From NCBI RefSeq assembly GCF_004010195.1, contig NC_057718.1:16708192-16772191 (forward strand): 64,000 nt of DNA, given 5' to 3'. The notes beneath the pieces were generated by a model that did not search any database, was not told the origin of the DNA, and saw only the letters and a program-made list of their open reading frames with translations. Positions 51,480 to 63,859 of the stretch are shown here, in pieces; position 1 is the first letter of the stretch, and the number at the start of each line of letters is the position of its first letter. The DNA comes from Chiloscyllium plagiosum. Taxonomy: Eukaryota. The position numbers and the translations under genes were made by a program.

Positions 51480-53140
51480 CAGGAGCAATATTTTAAAAAC
51501 AGGGGAGGCCCTTCATAAGGTTAAGAGTTTGCAGGGGGTTGCTTAAAAAGGAAATTAGAAGATGCAATGAATTAACTTCGTAGGATGGGATCAAGGAAAA
51601 TCCCAAGGCTTTTTAATGAGTATATTAAGAGTAGATTAGATTACTTACAGTGTGGAAACAGGCCCTTCGGCCCAACAAGTCCACACCAACCTGCCGAAGC
51701 GCAACCACCCAGACCCATTCCACTACATTTACATCTTCACATAACACTATGGGCAATTTAGCATGGCCAATTCACCTAACTTGTACATTTTTGGATTGTG
51801 GGAAGAAACCAGAGCACCCGGAGGTAACCCACGCAGACATGGGGAGAATGTGCAACAAGAGGATTACCAGGGTAAAAGTGGATCCCTATTAGAGATCAAA
51901 GTAGCAACCTGTGTATGGAGCCAGTGGATGTGGATGACATCTTAAGTTTTCAAAAAGGAGAAATAAATTGAAGCTGGAAGATTCTGTGATGATGAGGTTT
52001 TAGAATACATTAAGATTAATACGAAATGGTAGAAATCCTCAGCCTGCTTCAGAAGGCAAGGGATTGCTGAGGCCCTGGCAGAGATATTTATCACTTCACT
52101 GGCCACAGATGAAGTGCCAGATGACTGGAGGATAAATAATGCAGTTCCTTTGTTCAAGGAGTAGACAAAGTAAATACAGACCAGTTCGTCTGACGTCAGT
52201 GGTAGGGAAATGATTGGAAAAAAATTCTGAGGGACATGATTAATCAAACTTGGAAAGGTAGTGACTGGTTAGGGTACGTCAGCATAGATTTGTTAGAGGG
52301 CGATCTTGACTGACTAATTAACTGGAAAGATGACTAAATATATTGATGAGGATCATGTAGTTGATGTGGTTTACATGGACTTCAGTAAGGCCTTTGATAA
52401 AGTCCCACATGGAAGGTTGGTCCAAAAGCGAAGAGTCCACAGGATACAAGGCAAGTTGGCCAACTGGATCCAAAATTAGCTTACAATTAAAAGACAAAGG
52501 GTGATGGAGTTTTTTTTTAATTGAAAGCCTGTGACAAGCAGTGTACCACAGGGCCTGGTGCTGGGATCCTTGCCTTTTGATATGTACATTAACTTGGATG
52601 TGAATTTGCAGATGACATGAACATTAGTGCTGTTGTTAATACTGAGGAAGATGGTGTCAGGCTACAGTCTGATATTGAACAGCTGTTAATTGGACAGAAC
52701 AGCAGCAGATAGAATTTAATCCTAATAAGTGTTGAGGTGATGCATTTTAGGAGGTATAATAAGGGAAGGATATACACAATGAATGGTAAGTCCCTAGGGA
52801 GTACTGAGAAACTGAATACTGAGGGGCGGGATTTGGTTGAGGTATATAAAAGTATGAGAGGCATAGACAGAGTAGATCGCGAGAATCTCTTCCCCATGGC
52901 AGACATTTCTCAGACCAGAAGTCATAAGTTTAAGATGAGAAGTAAGTGGATTAGAGCAGATCTGAGAAAGGGTGATAAACATTTGGAGAGTGTTTGGAGT
53001 CCAAGAGAGTGATGTAGGTAACTTTTAAGAGATCAATGAATCAGTACTTAAAATGCATGGGAATAGTAGGCTATGGACCAAGTACAGGTAAATGGGATTC
53101 GTGTAGTTTGGTGTTTTTTTTTGGGTGACATGGATATCAG
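51480..53140 (+). mobile_element. Degenerate CR1 LINE ORF2 to 3' end, interrupted by a SINE
   Basis: VDVVYMDFSKAFDKVPHGRLVQK at about 52360-52430, SVPQG.VLGS near 52540, FADD near 52606, and 3' UTR. Confidence 0.85.
51632..51855 (-). mobile_element. HE1-like SINE, 5'-truncated
   Basis: Matches the 3' two-thirds of 4694-5018, including the (TCTAA)n tail; lacks the tRNA head. Confidence 0.85.
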
Positions 53141-53571
53141 CAACCGTGCTGAAAGTGACATGATGTATTTCGCAATTAATTTTGTTTCTTTGTGGTTTTT
53201 CCATTACAGGCAATAAATACAGGCTTTGGCCTGTATTTATTGTCGGTTCCTAATTGCTCTTGTGGTAGTGGAATACCAGAAGAAGGAAACTTACTAAAAT
53301 ACAGTTACTAAGCCCAGCTCCTGCAGAGCTTATTGACTCTAAAAGGCCTCTACAGAGCCAGTGGACAATGTGAAATGTAGTTATCTTAATCCACTGCTCA
53401 GATGTTATGGGACTTAAGCCTGAACCCTCTAGTCCAGAGGCAAGGACCACTGTTGCAGGTAAGTACCTGCCCGGAAGAATAGGGAATTTGTCTATGTAGT
53501 GCTTGACAATGACAATTATAAGTGATTGACAGCTACTTTGTCCAGTTAGTATTTTCCAGTGAGGAAGTGCA

Positions 53572-53705
53572 TTCTAAGGAAGGGTCACTGGACCCAAAAT
53601 GTTAACTCTGATTTCTCTCCACAGATACTTCCAGACCTCCTGAGCTTTTCAAGCAATTTCTGCTTTTGTTTCAGATTTCCAGCATCAGCAGCTCTTTTGG
53701 TTTTT
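53572..53705 (+). mobile_element. Penelope-derived terminal fragment with decayed hammerhead
   Basis: ctaagga-agggtc-actg-gaccc-aaaat-gtt; same family as 28284-28400. Confidence 0.7.
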
Positions 53706-53820
53706 AATATATTCCAGTGGCTGGTTTCTAACTAACCAGAAAAAGAGGCAAACTATTTGAAAATAACACTTTAAAAAAAAGAAAAACTGGTATGGTTTGT
53801 TAAAAATAATTATATTAAGA

Positions 53821-54229
53821 CATTCTCTGGCATGTCTTTGCTTAGCCTGTCCCAGGATAGATGTGTTGTCCCAGTCGAATTGGTGGGTTTTTTTTATCTG
53901 TGTGTAGGGCTACGAGGGAGAGAGAGTGGTGTCTTTTTGGGACAGGCTAAGCAAAGACATGCCAGAGAATTCCTAGAGGCCTGGCACTCCAACCACAATG
54001 TCATAAACATACACATAGATCTAGATACCATCTATCAACCCCTCAGAAAACGAACAGGAAATGACATTACCACAAACCCCAGGAAGCCCATCCAGGGCAA
54101 ACATATAAATAGAAAGCAGGAGACAACAGCTTTGTTTCACTTGGAGGTCGCCATTGATGATGTTACCTAGCCAGGTAATGAAACGTCTGGATATCAAACC
54201 TACAGCTTAGCGAGCAAATCTATACCCTA
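53821..54229 (+). mobile_element. Penelope-like element (Poseidon-type) 3' end with a 5' inverted segment
   Basis: LGQAKQRHAREFLEAWHSNHNVINIHIDLDTIYQPLR; about 53822-53853 is the reverse complement of about 53939-53970. Confidence 0.88.
54151..54190 (+). ncRNA. Minimal hammerhead motif with single C3U core change
   Basis: CCA-UUGAUGA-U-GUUACC-UAGCCA-GGUAAU-GAAAC-GUC-UGG; stems I and II pair, C3 is U while G8 is retained. Confidence 0.6.
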
Positions 54230-55210
54230 TTCCTTTCTTCTGTACTCAAACTTTCTTACAGTAAAGGCCAACAGACCATTTGGCCTCCCATCTACTTGCT
54301 TTCCATCCCCAAAGTGTAATTTATCAAAATCTCTTTTTTAAATTTTCCCAATTTATCATCTTAAGTAATACTCTGATAATCTATTTTTCCTATCAAAGTG
54401 GACAACATCGCATATATCCATGTTATACTGCATCAGCCATGCATTTTCACAATCGCTAAAGACGTCTAAATTCCCTTTCTACATCCTCCTTATTATGCTC
54501 ACTCCTACCTAGTTTTGTGTCATCAACAAACTTGGAACTATTGCCCTCAATTCCATCCATCGTCCAAATGGTTGATGTACATGGTAAATTCTTAGGGCCT
54601 AAGCACTGATCCCTGCTGTACCCCACTTGTGACCACTTTCCACTATGAAAAGTACCCTCTTATTTCTACTGTTTCTTATCTACTGTCCAATTCTCAATCC
54701 ATGCTAGTATAATTGAATGTGCCTTCCTCATCTGTACCTGTTTAACAACTTTCTGTGATTTGTGCGTGTACCAGGACACCCATATCCTCTGTACCACCAA
54801 GTCCTACAATCTCTCTTCACTTGACTTGTATACTGCTTTTCTATTTCTCCTACCAAAATGAACACATACACATTTACCCACATTTTGTTTCATCTGACAA
54901 ATGTTTGACCACTTAACCTATCAATGTACCTCTGTAGATTCTCTGCCTCCTCTTAACAACTTACTTTCCTTCTAATCTTGGCATCATTGGTAAATTTAGC
55001 TACCACACATTTGGTACACTTATCAAAACACTGATACTGATTTTAAATAGTTGAGGTCCCAGCACTAATTTCCTATGGTACTCTATTAGTTATAGCTTAA
55101 TGACCTGAAAATGACTCATTTCATCCGACACGGTGCTTCCTATTAGCTAACCACGTTAATGTCACCTGCTACACCATGTGCTCTTATCTTGTGTAGCACC
55201 TTATCAAATA
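54230..55210 (-). mobile_element. Two or more old CR1 RT fragments
   Basis: Reverse complements of FADD-like segments (tttgtgtcatcaacaaacttgg; ttggcatcattggtaaattt) and VLGP-like segments, each occurring twice. Confidence 0.7.
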
Positions 55211-58200
55211 CCTATATGTAAATTATAAGTTATATAAATAGAATATATATGAAAATCTACATATTACAATATTAATTAATTAGATTAAGTACAGAATATT
55301 TACAATAATTGAAACTTAAATTTAATTTTTAATGTATGGTTTCATGACTCCTCTCCACAATAGACTGTTCAATAATTGACCTGTTGATGAACTGATAAAT
55401 GATGATTTTATAATCTTGTCTTATCCTTTCTAGCCGATCAGAGAATAGAGGAATGCTACTAATTAAAATTGGTGGGCAGTGGAGAAAGATTTTCATCATT
55501 GTTAACATTTAACTAAATTACCATTGGTGAGATGGTTTGGAAAACGGTCAGACAAAAAAACTGTTTTTACCTTCATGTGTCATATGAAACTTATGATGGA
55601 GGCAATTCAATTAATGGACCCTTGTAAAATTCCACAGGACCTTAGTTTGTGAACCACTGATAGCAAGATATTAAACTGCTAACTTTATAATGTCAATAGA
55701 CAACTAATACTCCAGCCTGTACTATTGTTTCGCTGACAAATGAGGCAGCAAATTTGTGCACCAGAAAATCCTGCAAACAAGAATTAGATAAATAACCAGC
55801 GAATCTGTGTTTGGCAGGATTGAGCTGGATGGATCAATACAGGCCAAAATTACAGAAGAACTATGCTCTTTAAAAACATTTAGTGGTTCTTTTACATCCA
55901 TTCAAAGAGACTGACTGGGCTGACAAAGTACTACTTGTATCAGGTGCAGTTTAAAATAACAGTCCAAATGCAGCACGTTCTCAGTGCCAGCCTAGATGAT
56001 GTACTTAAGTTTTGGAATTTGTCTTAAACCTACAATCTGAGTCGAGAACGTTATCACTAAATGAAAGTCAAGTACATTATTATTTGGAGATATGAGGTTA
56101 GAAATAATACTTGAGATCCAAGCCAATATAATGGAGAACATTACTCTGGAATGAACAAAAAAAAAAGTCCTTATTGACAACATCTGTCCTAATTAGGCTT
56201 TCAATGTGTTGAACTTACAGGCACTATGTATTATGATTGACAGCAATGATGAACACGGAGTCATCATTACTCTGCCCACTCTCATGGCTATGTGCTGGAG
56301 GATGAAGGTAGGTTGTGCTTACAAATGAACACTTATGTGAATTGAAGCTCTGCTAGTCACCTGCCTTTAACAGACACAGATCAGTTTTTTTTTCCATCCA
56401 AGATGTGGTGACAGGACAGTCAACTTCTTTGTATTAATCACTTGAACTTTGAGACACGACTGAACTGCCAAAGGGGTTTTAAAAGGGCAGGATGCAATGT
56501 GTGCTTTGTACCAGCGGCAGTTGTGCAAATAAATGTTGAGGGGAAGCCACATCTTGGAGATCTGCCTTCTCAGTGCTACATTCACTGGCAGCTTTATGAT
56601 TTTATTTTGGCATGAGAGCAAAGATCTTAGAACATTTTACTGGCAACATAATGCACATCAGTCATCTTAATCCTTTCTTGAAAACCATATCCTCTAGCAC
56701 TAGTCTTGCTCATCCTCACTGGATTAACTACACAAAATGAAATTTCCTTAATAGTTCTGAAGATTAAAGAACAAAAAGAACTCAAAGAACAAAACCTTTC
56801 CCAGCTGTCATGAAGGGAGTATATTAGACCACCCATTTGAATCACTTCAGCAGGTTTAGTAGTTGAATTGCCAATAGTCTTATACAGTGTGTTGTCCATA
56901 GTTCTGTCCTGTGTATAAATCTATTCTTTCTTCCAGATGGTTACGCTCACAGTAAGGGGGTTGCATGATTCGTCAATGAAGGAATTTATCAATGAAGCTG
57001 ATGAATGTAAATGGAATTAACTATGTGTACAAAAATCAACAGGCTGCACAGCAGGCATACAGATATGCACAGTTTCCAAATGTAAAGAGTTCTTGGGGAA
57101 AAAAATCCCAAAGATAACTTAGAAGTCACAGCGAATGCAATTCAACTTACATTGGAAACTAGGACAGAATAATCAGTGAAATGTGAAGGTGTGCTCAAAG
57201 ACTCCAGGCCAGTTAGAAATTAGGCGATGCAAGCCTAAATTGTGGAGGCAGTGCAAACCCTTCTACTCCTTTCTGGATCAAGATTGTCAGATTGTGGGGT
57301 CAGCAGTAAAGTGATGGCACTTACTACTAACCTCAAAATATAGTGATCACTGTGGCACAAGTTTCCCATTTCCCAGCATTAATTTGATCCTGGCGATAAA
57401 TACACAGGTTATATCTAACGTTCAGCAATGGAAGATTAGGCATGATAAATTACAAAACTGAAAATTCAATCCTTATTTAGATTATTTTAGATACTTTAGA
57501 CAAAATGGCACAATTAGTTTGAATTTCATCTGTTGCCCTTATTTTACATACTCACATGTATGCATTATAGTTGCAGCAGCTTTTACAATGTTGATTACTT
57601 CTTTGTACTGATCATAATTTGACAATTGTTTTTGGTCATCGTATCCATATATCAATTTTATTATTAGCTGTTGTCATTAAAAATTTATTTCCATAATTAC
57701 TACATCATTTGAAACTTAATAGGCTGTTCTATCTCCCACCAGAAATCACCACATTAGTGGCAATACAATACCAATAAAGTACATCTAAAGAATATAATTT
57801 TTTTCTCTCCTTTTTACTTTGGATTTGAGGTATCTGAAAGAAATGTGCAGTGAAATGCAAACCAAAGCAATCTCCAATTTCATTCCCTCTGTCAATGAAA
57901 ATGAACCATTAATGATTTAAAATGTACATTTGTTTGACAGAAACAAATGCCTCAAAATGTTCAAAAGGTAAAATAACATGTCTTAGTACAATCAAGATAA
58001 GGTTTTGAAGGATAAATCAATATTATCTCCCAAGTAAAAATGGACATCAACCCATATATGATACTCAGAAAATTTAACTCAAATTAGATGTCTTCTTCCT
58101 TTATGTTACCAGATAGTTAAGTTTTATTGGGCGTGGGGCTGGCAGCAAGCATTATAGCCTTCAGCGGCCACTTCCTTATACCCCATTTCCTTCCCTAATT

Positions 58201-60651
58201 GGCCCAAGGTTGGAGCACATGGAAAACCCCCACCTAGTAGATTGATTTCCTGATGGGAAACCAGGACAATAGCTTCTCTTACTAGGTTGGAAGGCAGGTA
58301 ATCAGGCTGGTGGCAAGTTGAGGCCCTGGAGTGGCTATTACTAGGCCTTACTTGCTGGCAAGCTGAGATGGTAAACCTTTTCATTCAGCACTTAATTATG
58401 GAGTTGGCAAGAAGGAGACATGTATCTCTCTGGGCCAAAGTGCCCAATTATTTGCTTGTCTCACCATCTTCCTCACAAATGTCAGGGAGGGGAGAATTGT
58501 ACACAAGTCCACAGCTAAAATACATTGTAAAAGGAACCAGTGGCTCATGTAGAACAAATATGCACAACACAAATAATTACACACGAATCTATGCATTGTA
58601 GTTAGTAGATTCCAGTTAATGATTGTTATTTCATACTTAAATAAATATTGCTGTATCAGGCCCATACTCTCCACCAACAGCATGACCAACTACAATTTTG
58701 AAAATATTTGCTAAATTTCAATTCCTGGATAAAGGGAATTGCTGGATTAAAAGAACTGCACTATAGCATTTCCATCACCATTCTGGAAGATTAAAGTGCA
58801 TGAGAACGATCATGGGATACTGTCCATGGATTTGATCAGTAGATAATTGGTCTTTGGAAATTTAAATAAATACAAATGAGCCCGGATGCAATACGCGAAA
58901 AAGGTCAAGAATTAGACATACGAGCTAACAGCATTCATTTTTTGAACTGCTGTAAAGCACCTCAAGCAGCCTGTGTCATCGGTAATGTATTGCCCTCTAG
59001 TGGTTGTTTATAGATCAAGCACCCAAAATGGATTAAAACAGTTTCAGGGCAAATATTTTCATAATAGAGTCTTTAATATTTTTGTGATATATTTCCAGGT
59101 ATATTTGTCAGGTAATATAACAAAATTAATAATAAGCATGAAAGCTTTCACTACTGCTAAAAAATGTACACCACAGCAAATGAAGACACGAGGTCATCAA
59201 TCACTGGCAGCTAAACACTGTGGTTCGTGTTAACTAAAATATTAACGTAGGTCTGTGTAAAAGGCAGTGGGAGTTGGGGTTTCTACACAGCTTAGTACAA
59301 CAATAATGAATTATTTCTGATGCAGTATTTCTATTTACCTTGCTATGCTGTTTATTGGAGAAATTTGCAAGAATTATCTGAGATATTTATAACTACAAAA
59401 ATGATTTATGAATTTTGAATTTTCAAATATAAAGAAAGTGCTTCTCATCTTTACATTCAATTTCTTGTTTCTGACACAGTCAACTCTAAAAAGTGGTCAA
59501 ATCATCAGTGAAAAGAACTCTAACCAATTCCAACTATAACCTGGAGATGTCACAACTATAGGATAAATGATGCATTATTATTCATCCTTCAGGCTTCACA
59601 GCATGCTCAGCCACCTCAAGGATGTGGTTACTCAGACAAACAAAGAAGCATCAGTCATGAATGTGGCCCAGAATACACCAAAGACAAAAGGCAAAGCACA
59701 GATATCATCAGCAAACACAAAAGAAATCATCTCTGCCCATCATTTCTCAAATGGAAATTGTCAGTTCAAGAGGAAAAATGTGAAGTGCATAATTATAATG
59801 TGCTAACTACAAAGCAGGGACAATGAAAATCAAAGGGAGGAGGGGAAAAGTTGTTTGGAGAAGGAATATTTCAAAAGTGATGTAGAATATGTAAAACACA
59901 AATTTTTAAAGTTTAGTGACAGTTTTAAAACACTAAGATGCTGTTCTGTTTGATGTTTGAAATGGTGTGGTCAGATGCAATTCAAAATACTTCAGATGGC
60001 CAGTTTTATTTTCAGGCATTAAGTGAAAATATGGATATCTTTCGAATTAACAGTATGAGCTGAGTATTTGTAAAGGGGCAGTAAATTTAAGTTTGAAAGT
60101 TATGACCTGATATATTAACGTCTTTCTCTTTCTGCCAGACCTAGACCGAATTTTCTGCATTTTCTTGACCTATTAATTATGGAGAATCTGATATCTACAG
60201 TAAAACCAATAAATTGTGCAGTTTATGTGAAGTCATAGTTTACTTGCTTAATGCCAAAGGAACCTGGTGTCTTTCTCTCCACCATCATCATTTGCTCTAC
60301 TCCTCCCCCCAGTTACAGCTAAATGTGTCCAATGGGAACCTTTGCAATTTATATCAGTTTCAAGTCCAAAACTGTGTCACTAGTTTTAAGCTAGCAAACT
60401 GACAAAGGTATTAAAATGACTTTATTTCTCCAAGATTAGAGAAAAATTAGACATGTTTCTAATTGCTAAGCAGCAATTCCAGCTGAGGTGAAGACAGGGC
60501 TGAGCATGACTATATATAGTTTAATAAGAAATGTGACAGCATAAATTAAAATGTTGAATATTTAATAGAAAACAAAAGAGAATTAATCAGTGTTGCTTGA
60601 ATTTGAACCAATTTGAACCAAAGACCAACACAGGTTCCAATTTTGTTCTCA

Positions 60652-61187
60652 TCATAGAGTCATAGAGATGTACAGCAAGGAAACAGGCCTTTCCGTCCAA
60701 CTCACCCATGCTGACTAGATATCCTAGATAAACCTAGCCCCATTTGCCAGATAGCCCTCTAAGCCCCTCCTACTCCTACACCTATCCAGATTCCTTTTAA
60801 ATGTTGCAATTGTACCAGCCTCCACCACTTCCCTCTGGCAGCTCATTCCATACACTCTGTGTGAAATAGTTGCCCCTTTTAAATCTTTTCCATCTCACCT
60901 TAAACCTATGCCCTCTAGTTTTGGAGTGCCTACCTCAAGGAAAAGACCTTGGCTATTCACTCTACCCATGCCCCTCATGATTTTGTATACCTCTATAAGG
61001 TCACCCCTCAGCTCTGACGCTCCAGAGAAGATAGCCCCAGCCTATTCAGCCTCTCCCTACTGCTCAAACTGTCCAACCCTGGCAACATCCTTGTAAATCT
61101 TTTCCGAACTCTTTCATGTTTCGCAACATCCTTCCTATAGCAGGGAGACTAGACTTGCACACAGTATTCCAAAAGTAGCCTCACCAT
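60652..61187 (-). mobile_element. CR1 (HER1-like) 3' portion
   Basis: Begins with tail tcatagagtcatagagatgtacagc; closely similar to 28408-29215. Confidence 0.88.
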
Positions 61188-61319
61188 TTCTCAAATTATT
61201 TGTACCAAGAGCACAAAAGTTAGCAAAATGAACAGACAGAATGGCAGATGCAATTTAATTAAAAATGAAGCGCAACATAATAAAATTTGGGAGAATAAAC
61301 TAAAAATGATAAGATTAGG

Positions 61320-61740
61320 GGGGCTCCAATAGTAATGTAGTAGTGTCCTTGCCTATGTACCAGAAGAAATGGGTTCATGACCTACCTGTCACAGAAGGTT
61401 GTCTGAACAGGTTGATTGAAAAATATATTTTGTGGTGGAGTCTGAAGTGTCCGTACCTCTAAACCAGAAGGCCCAGGTTCAAGTCCCACCTGCTCTAGAT
61501 GTACCTCTGTATTCATTCACCAGATGAGAGAGAGCATTGATGGCTACGCCAGCACTTATTGCCCATCCCTAATTGCCCAGAGGGCAGTTAAGAATCAACC
61601 ACATTGCTGGAATCATATGTAGGCCAGACCAGATAAGGACGGCTGTTTACTTACCTAAAAGGACGTTAGTGAACCAGACTGGTTTTTCTTACTATCAGCA
61701 ATTGATCATCATTAGACTCTTAATTCCAGATTTTTGTTTT
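61320..61740. mobile_element. SINE cluster: two tRNA-like heads (+) and a SacSINE-like body (-)
   Basis: B-box-like ggttcaagtccc near 61477 and gggttcatgacc near 61371; 61510-61740 matches 11910-12150. Confidence 0.6.
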
Positions 61741-62425
61741 AAAATAACATACCCTAACAAGTGCATTAGAACATATCTATAGTTAGGTAATGTAATAAAG
61801 GAAGTAAAATCGAATTTTAGATTTTATAAAGGGATCATTGAATACAGAATTTGAAAAAGTAATGAGCATTTAATCAAAACACAGATCAGGCTAATACTGT
61901 GCACTATTTTGGGACACCTGGTTATATTTAGCTGCTTTCCCAGTTCCTTTGTATTCTTATCTTCAGCTTTCTAAAATTAAATATTTATTTTTCTCCACAT
62001 CATGGTGTGCATTTTCTTACTACAGATTACTGATGGACTAAAAATCACCAATAGCAGCATGATCCAAAATCTGCCATTTGACCGAAAGGTGTGCACCATC
62101 TGATTTCAATGGGAGGGCAAAGGGAAACACATAAACCAGCATTAACTCAATCCAAAACATGAAATAGATCATTTGGAAGTAGATTCTTTATGAGAATGCC
62201 TATCAAGTAAAATAAATATTGGATATGATACTTGCCTGATGATAAATAGCAGCTAATACAATTAACTCGTTTGCATTCTATTTGCTTGATGACTATTTTT
62301 CCTTGAGAACTAAAGGAATGACCCACAATTTCCATAGCATCAATTTATGTATGGGGCAGGCACATTATTCACAGTCTAACATTATAAGATTTTGTGCCTA
62401 GTTTGGATCATTGTTGATTCTGTAC

Positions 62426-62560
62426 CTTATTGATCTCCATCTCATGATTTATTAGCTTGTTCTGAGCTTCTTCCAATTGATTACACGCTGAATCCCTTTC
62501 TCTCACCAGCCTCTGCAACTGACCTTCAAGACAAGCAACATTTTCTGACAAACAGGTCAC
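62426..62560 (-). CDS. SDCCAG8: Internal coding exon (135 nt, phase 0-0) of SDCCAG8, probably equivalent to human exon 11
   Basis: Minus strand: acceptor ttctgtttatttacag|GTG, donor AAG|gtacag. Open translation VTCLSENVACLEGQLQRLVRERDSACNQLEEAQNKLINHEMEINK resembles recalled human SDCCAG8 MLILSQNIAQLEAQVEKVTKEKISAINQLEEIQSQLASREMDVTK (same length, 45 aa). Confidence 0.9.
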
Positions 62561-63549
62561 CTGTAAATAAACAGAATATCATGAATTTTAAACAAAAATG
62601 GAAAGGTTGGAAATACTCAGCAGTCTAGCTTCAGTTATGCAGAAAGAAAATTGTTTCATCAGACACCAAAGAATATGATAGGTGGTTAATTATACTTCCC
62701 AATAACCATGAGAAGTCAATAGGAATACTACTAAAAAGAACTTAAATTCTGTATATAGTAAAAACACCCCAAGACATTTTACTGGACCATTGAAAAAACA
62801 CTTAGGACTGAACCACATGAATAGATATTAGAGTCGGTGACAAAAAGTCTCAACAAAGAGATAGGTTTTAAGGAATATCTTAAGTGATGTGAATGATTTT
62901 ACTGTAACAAGTATTTGTGAAAATACAGTGAAAAGTGTTTTTTGTCGCCACAATCTGGGGCCATTTTGGATTGCAAAATGAATAAAAAGAAATCGCTTAA
63001 ATTGAGCTTCATCTTCTGTTCAAATTGACAGAAAAGCAAACCAAAACATAGAATAAAAAAGCAGAAAAATAAAGAATTGATGTTCCACTTTACAGTCCTT
63101 CTTGTCAAGCACGGCTTTGGGTTTTCTTAAGGTCTCTGGGATCTCTGTAAGGTGTTCTGGTCTCCGGGTCGAAATGAATCCCCATTCCAAGTCTAGCTGA
63201 TGCCCCAGATGAGGGGTTAAGAGATCAGGAATGGAGTTGCAGAGCTTAGGGCAGAGGTTCCCAAACTGCAATTGTAACCCTTCTGCAGGACTTTGGGATT
63301 GAGAGTTCCAAAGCAGCAATGGCAGCCACAGAACTCAGACTAAGTTTTCACTGCTGCAAAGCAACTTTAAATGTTTGTGTTAATTTTATATTGATGGATC
63401 AGGATTAATTATTTGGCCCAATTATTGCTACAAACAAAGCCTGCTAAGAGGTGTTTCATTACTTTTTGGGGATAAATCCAATAGTTTACATTGCTCCCCA
63501 AAACCCTGGTCAGCCACCTTGCCCCAGGCAACAACTGTCCTCCTGTAAC

Positions 63550-63646
63550 CAAAAGAGAAAATGCTGGAAAATCTCAGCAGGTCTGGCAGCATCTGTAAGG
63601 AGAGATAAGAGCTGACGTTTCGAGTCTAACTGACCCTTTGTCAAAG
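63550..63646 (-). mobile_element. 97-bp Penelope-derived retro-insertion with perfect 15-bp TSD
   Basis: ctgtcctcctgtaac at 63535-63549 and 63647-63661; the insert shares the acagatgctgccagacctgctgag tail with the PLE ends at about 28330 and 53620. Confidence 0.88.
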
Positions 63647-63648
63647 CT
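63610..63648 (-). ncRNA. Minimal type I hammerhead ribozyme motif, U3-A8 core variant
   Basis: Minus strand AGCU-UUGACAA-A-GGGUC-AGUUA-GACUC-GAAAC-GUC-AGCU: 4-bp stem I, 5-bp stem II, ACGU stem III, GUC triplet; predicted cleavage between 63614 and 63613. Confidence 0.72.
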
Positions 63649-63859
63649 GTCCTCCTGTAACAGAAAACAACTGTTGCCCTTGCAATTTTTACTGAGTTCA
63701 CAGGAAGTTCAAGGCATTAAAATGGAGCCACATTGGGAAACTGTTTGGACAGCACTGCCCAAAAGTCTTGATAACTGAATGCGTGGTCATGGTAATGGTG
63801 GAATTATTAAAATGGGCATACTCAAAAGGTCAGTGCAGCATAGATGTTTTAACAAATAC

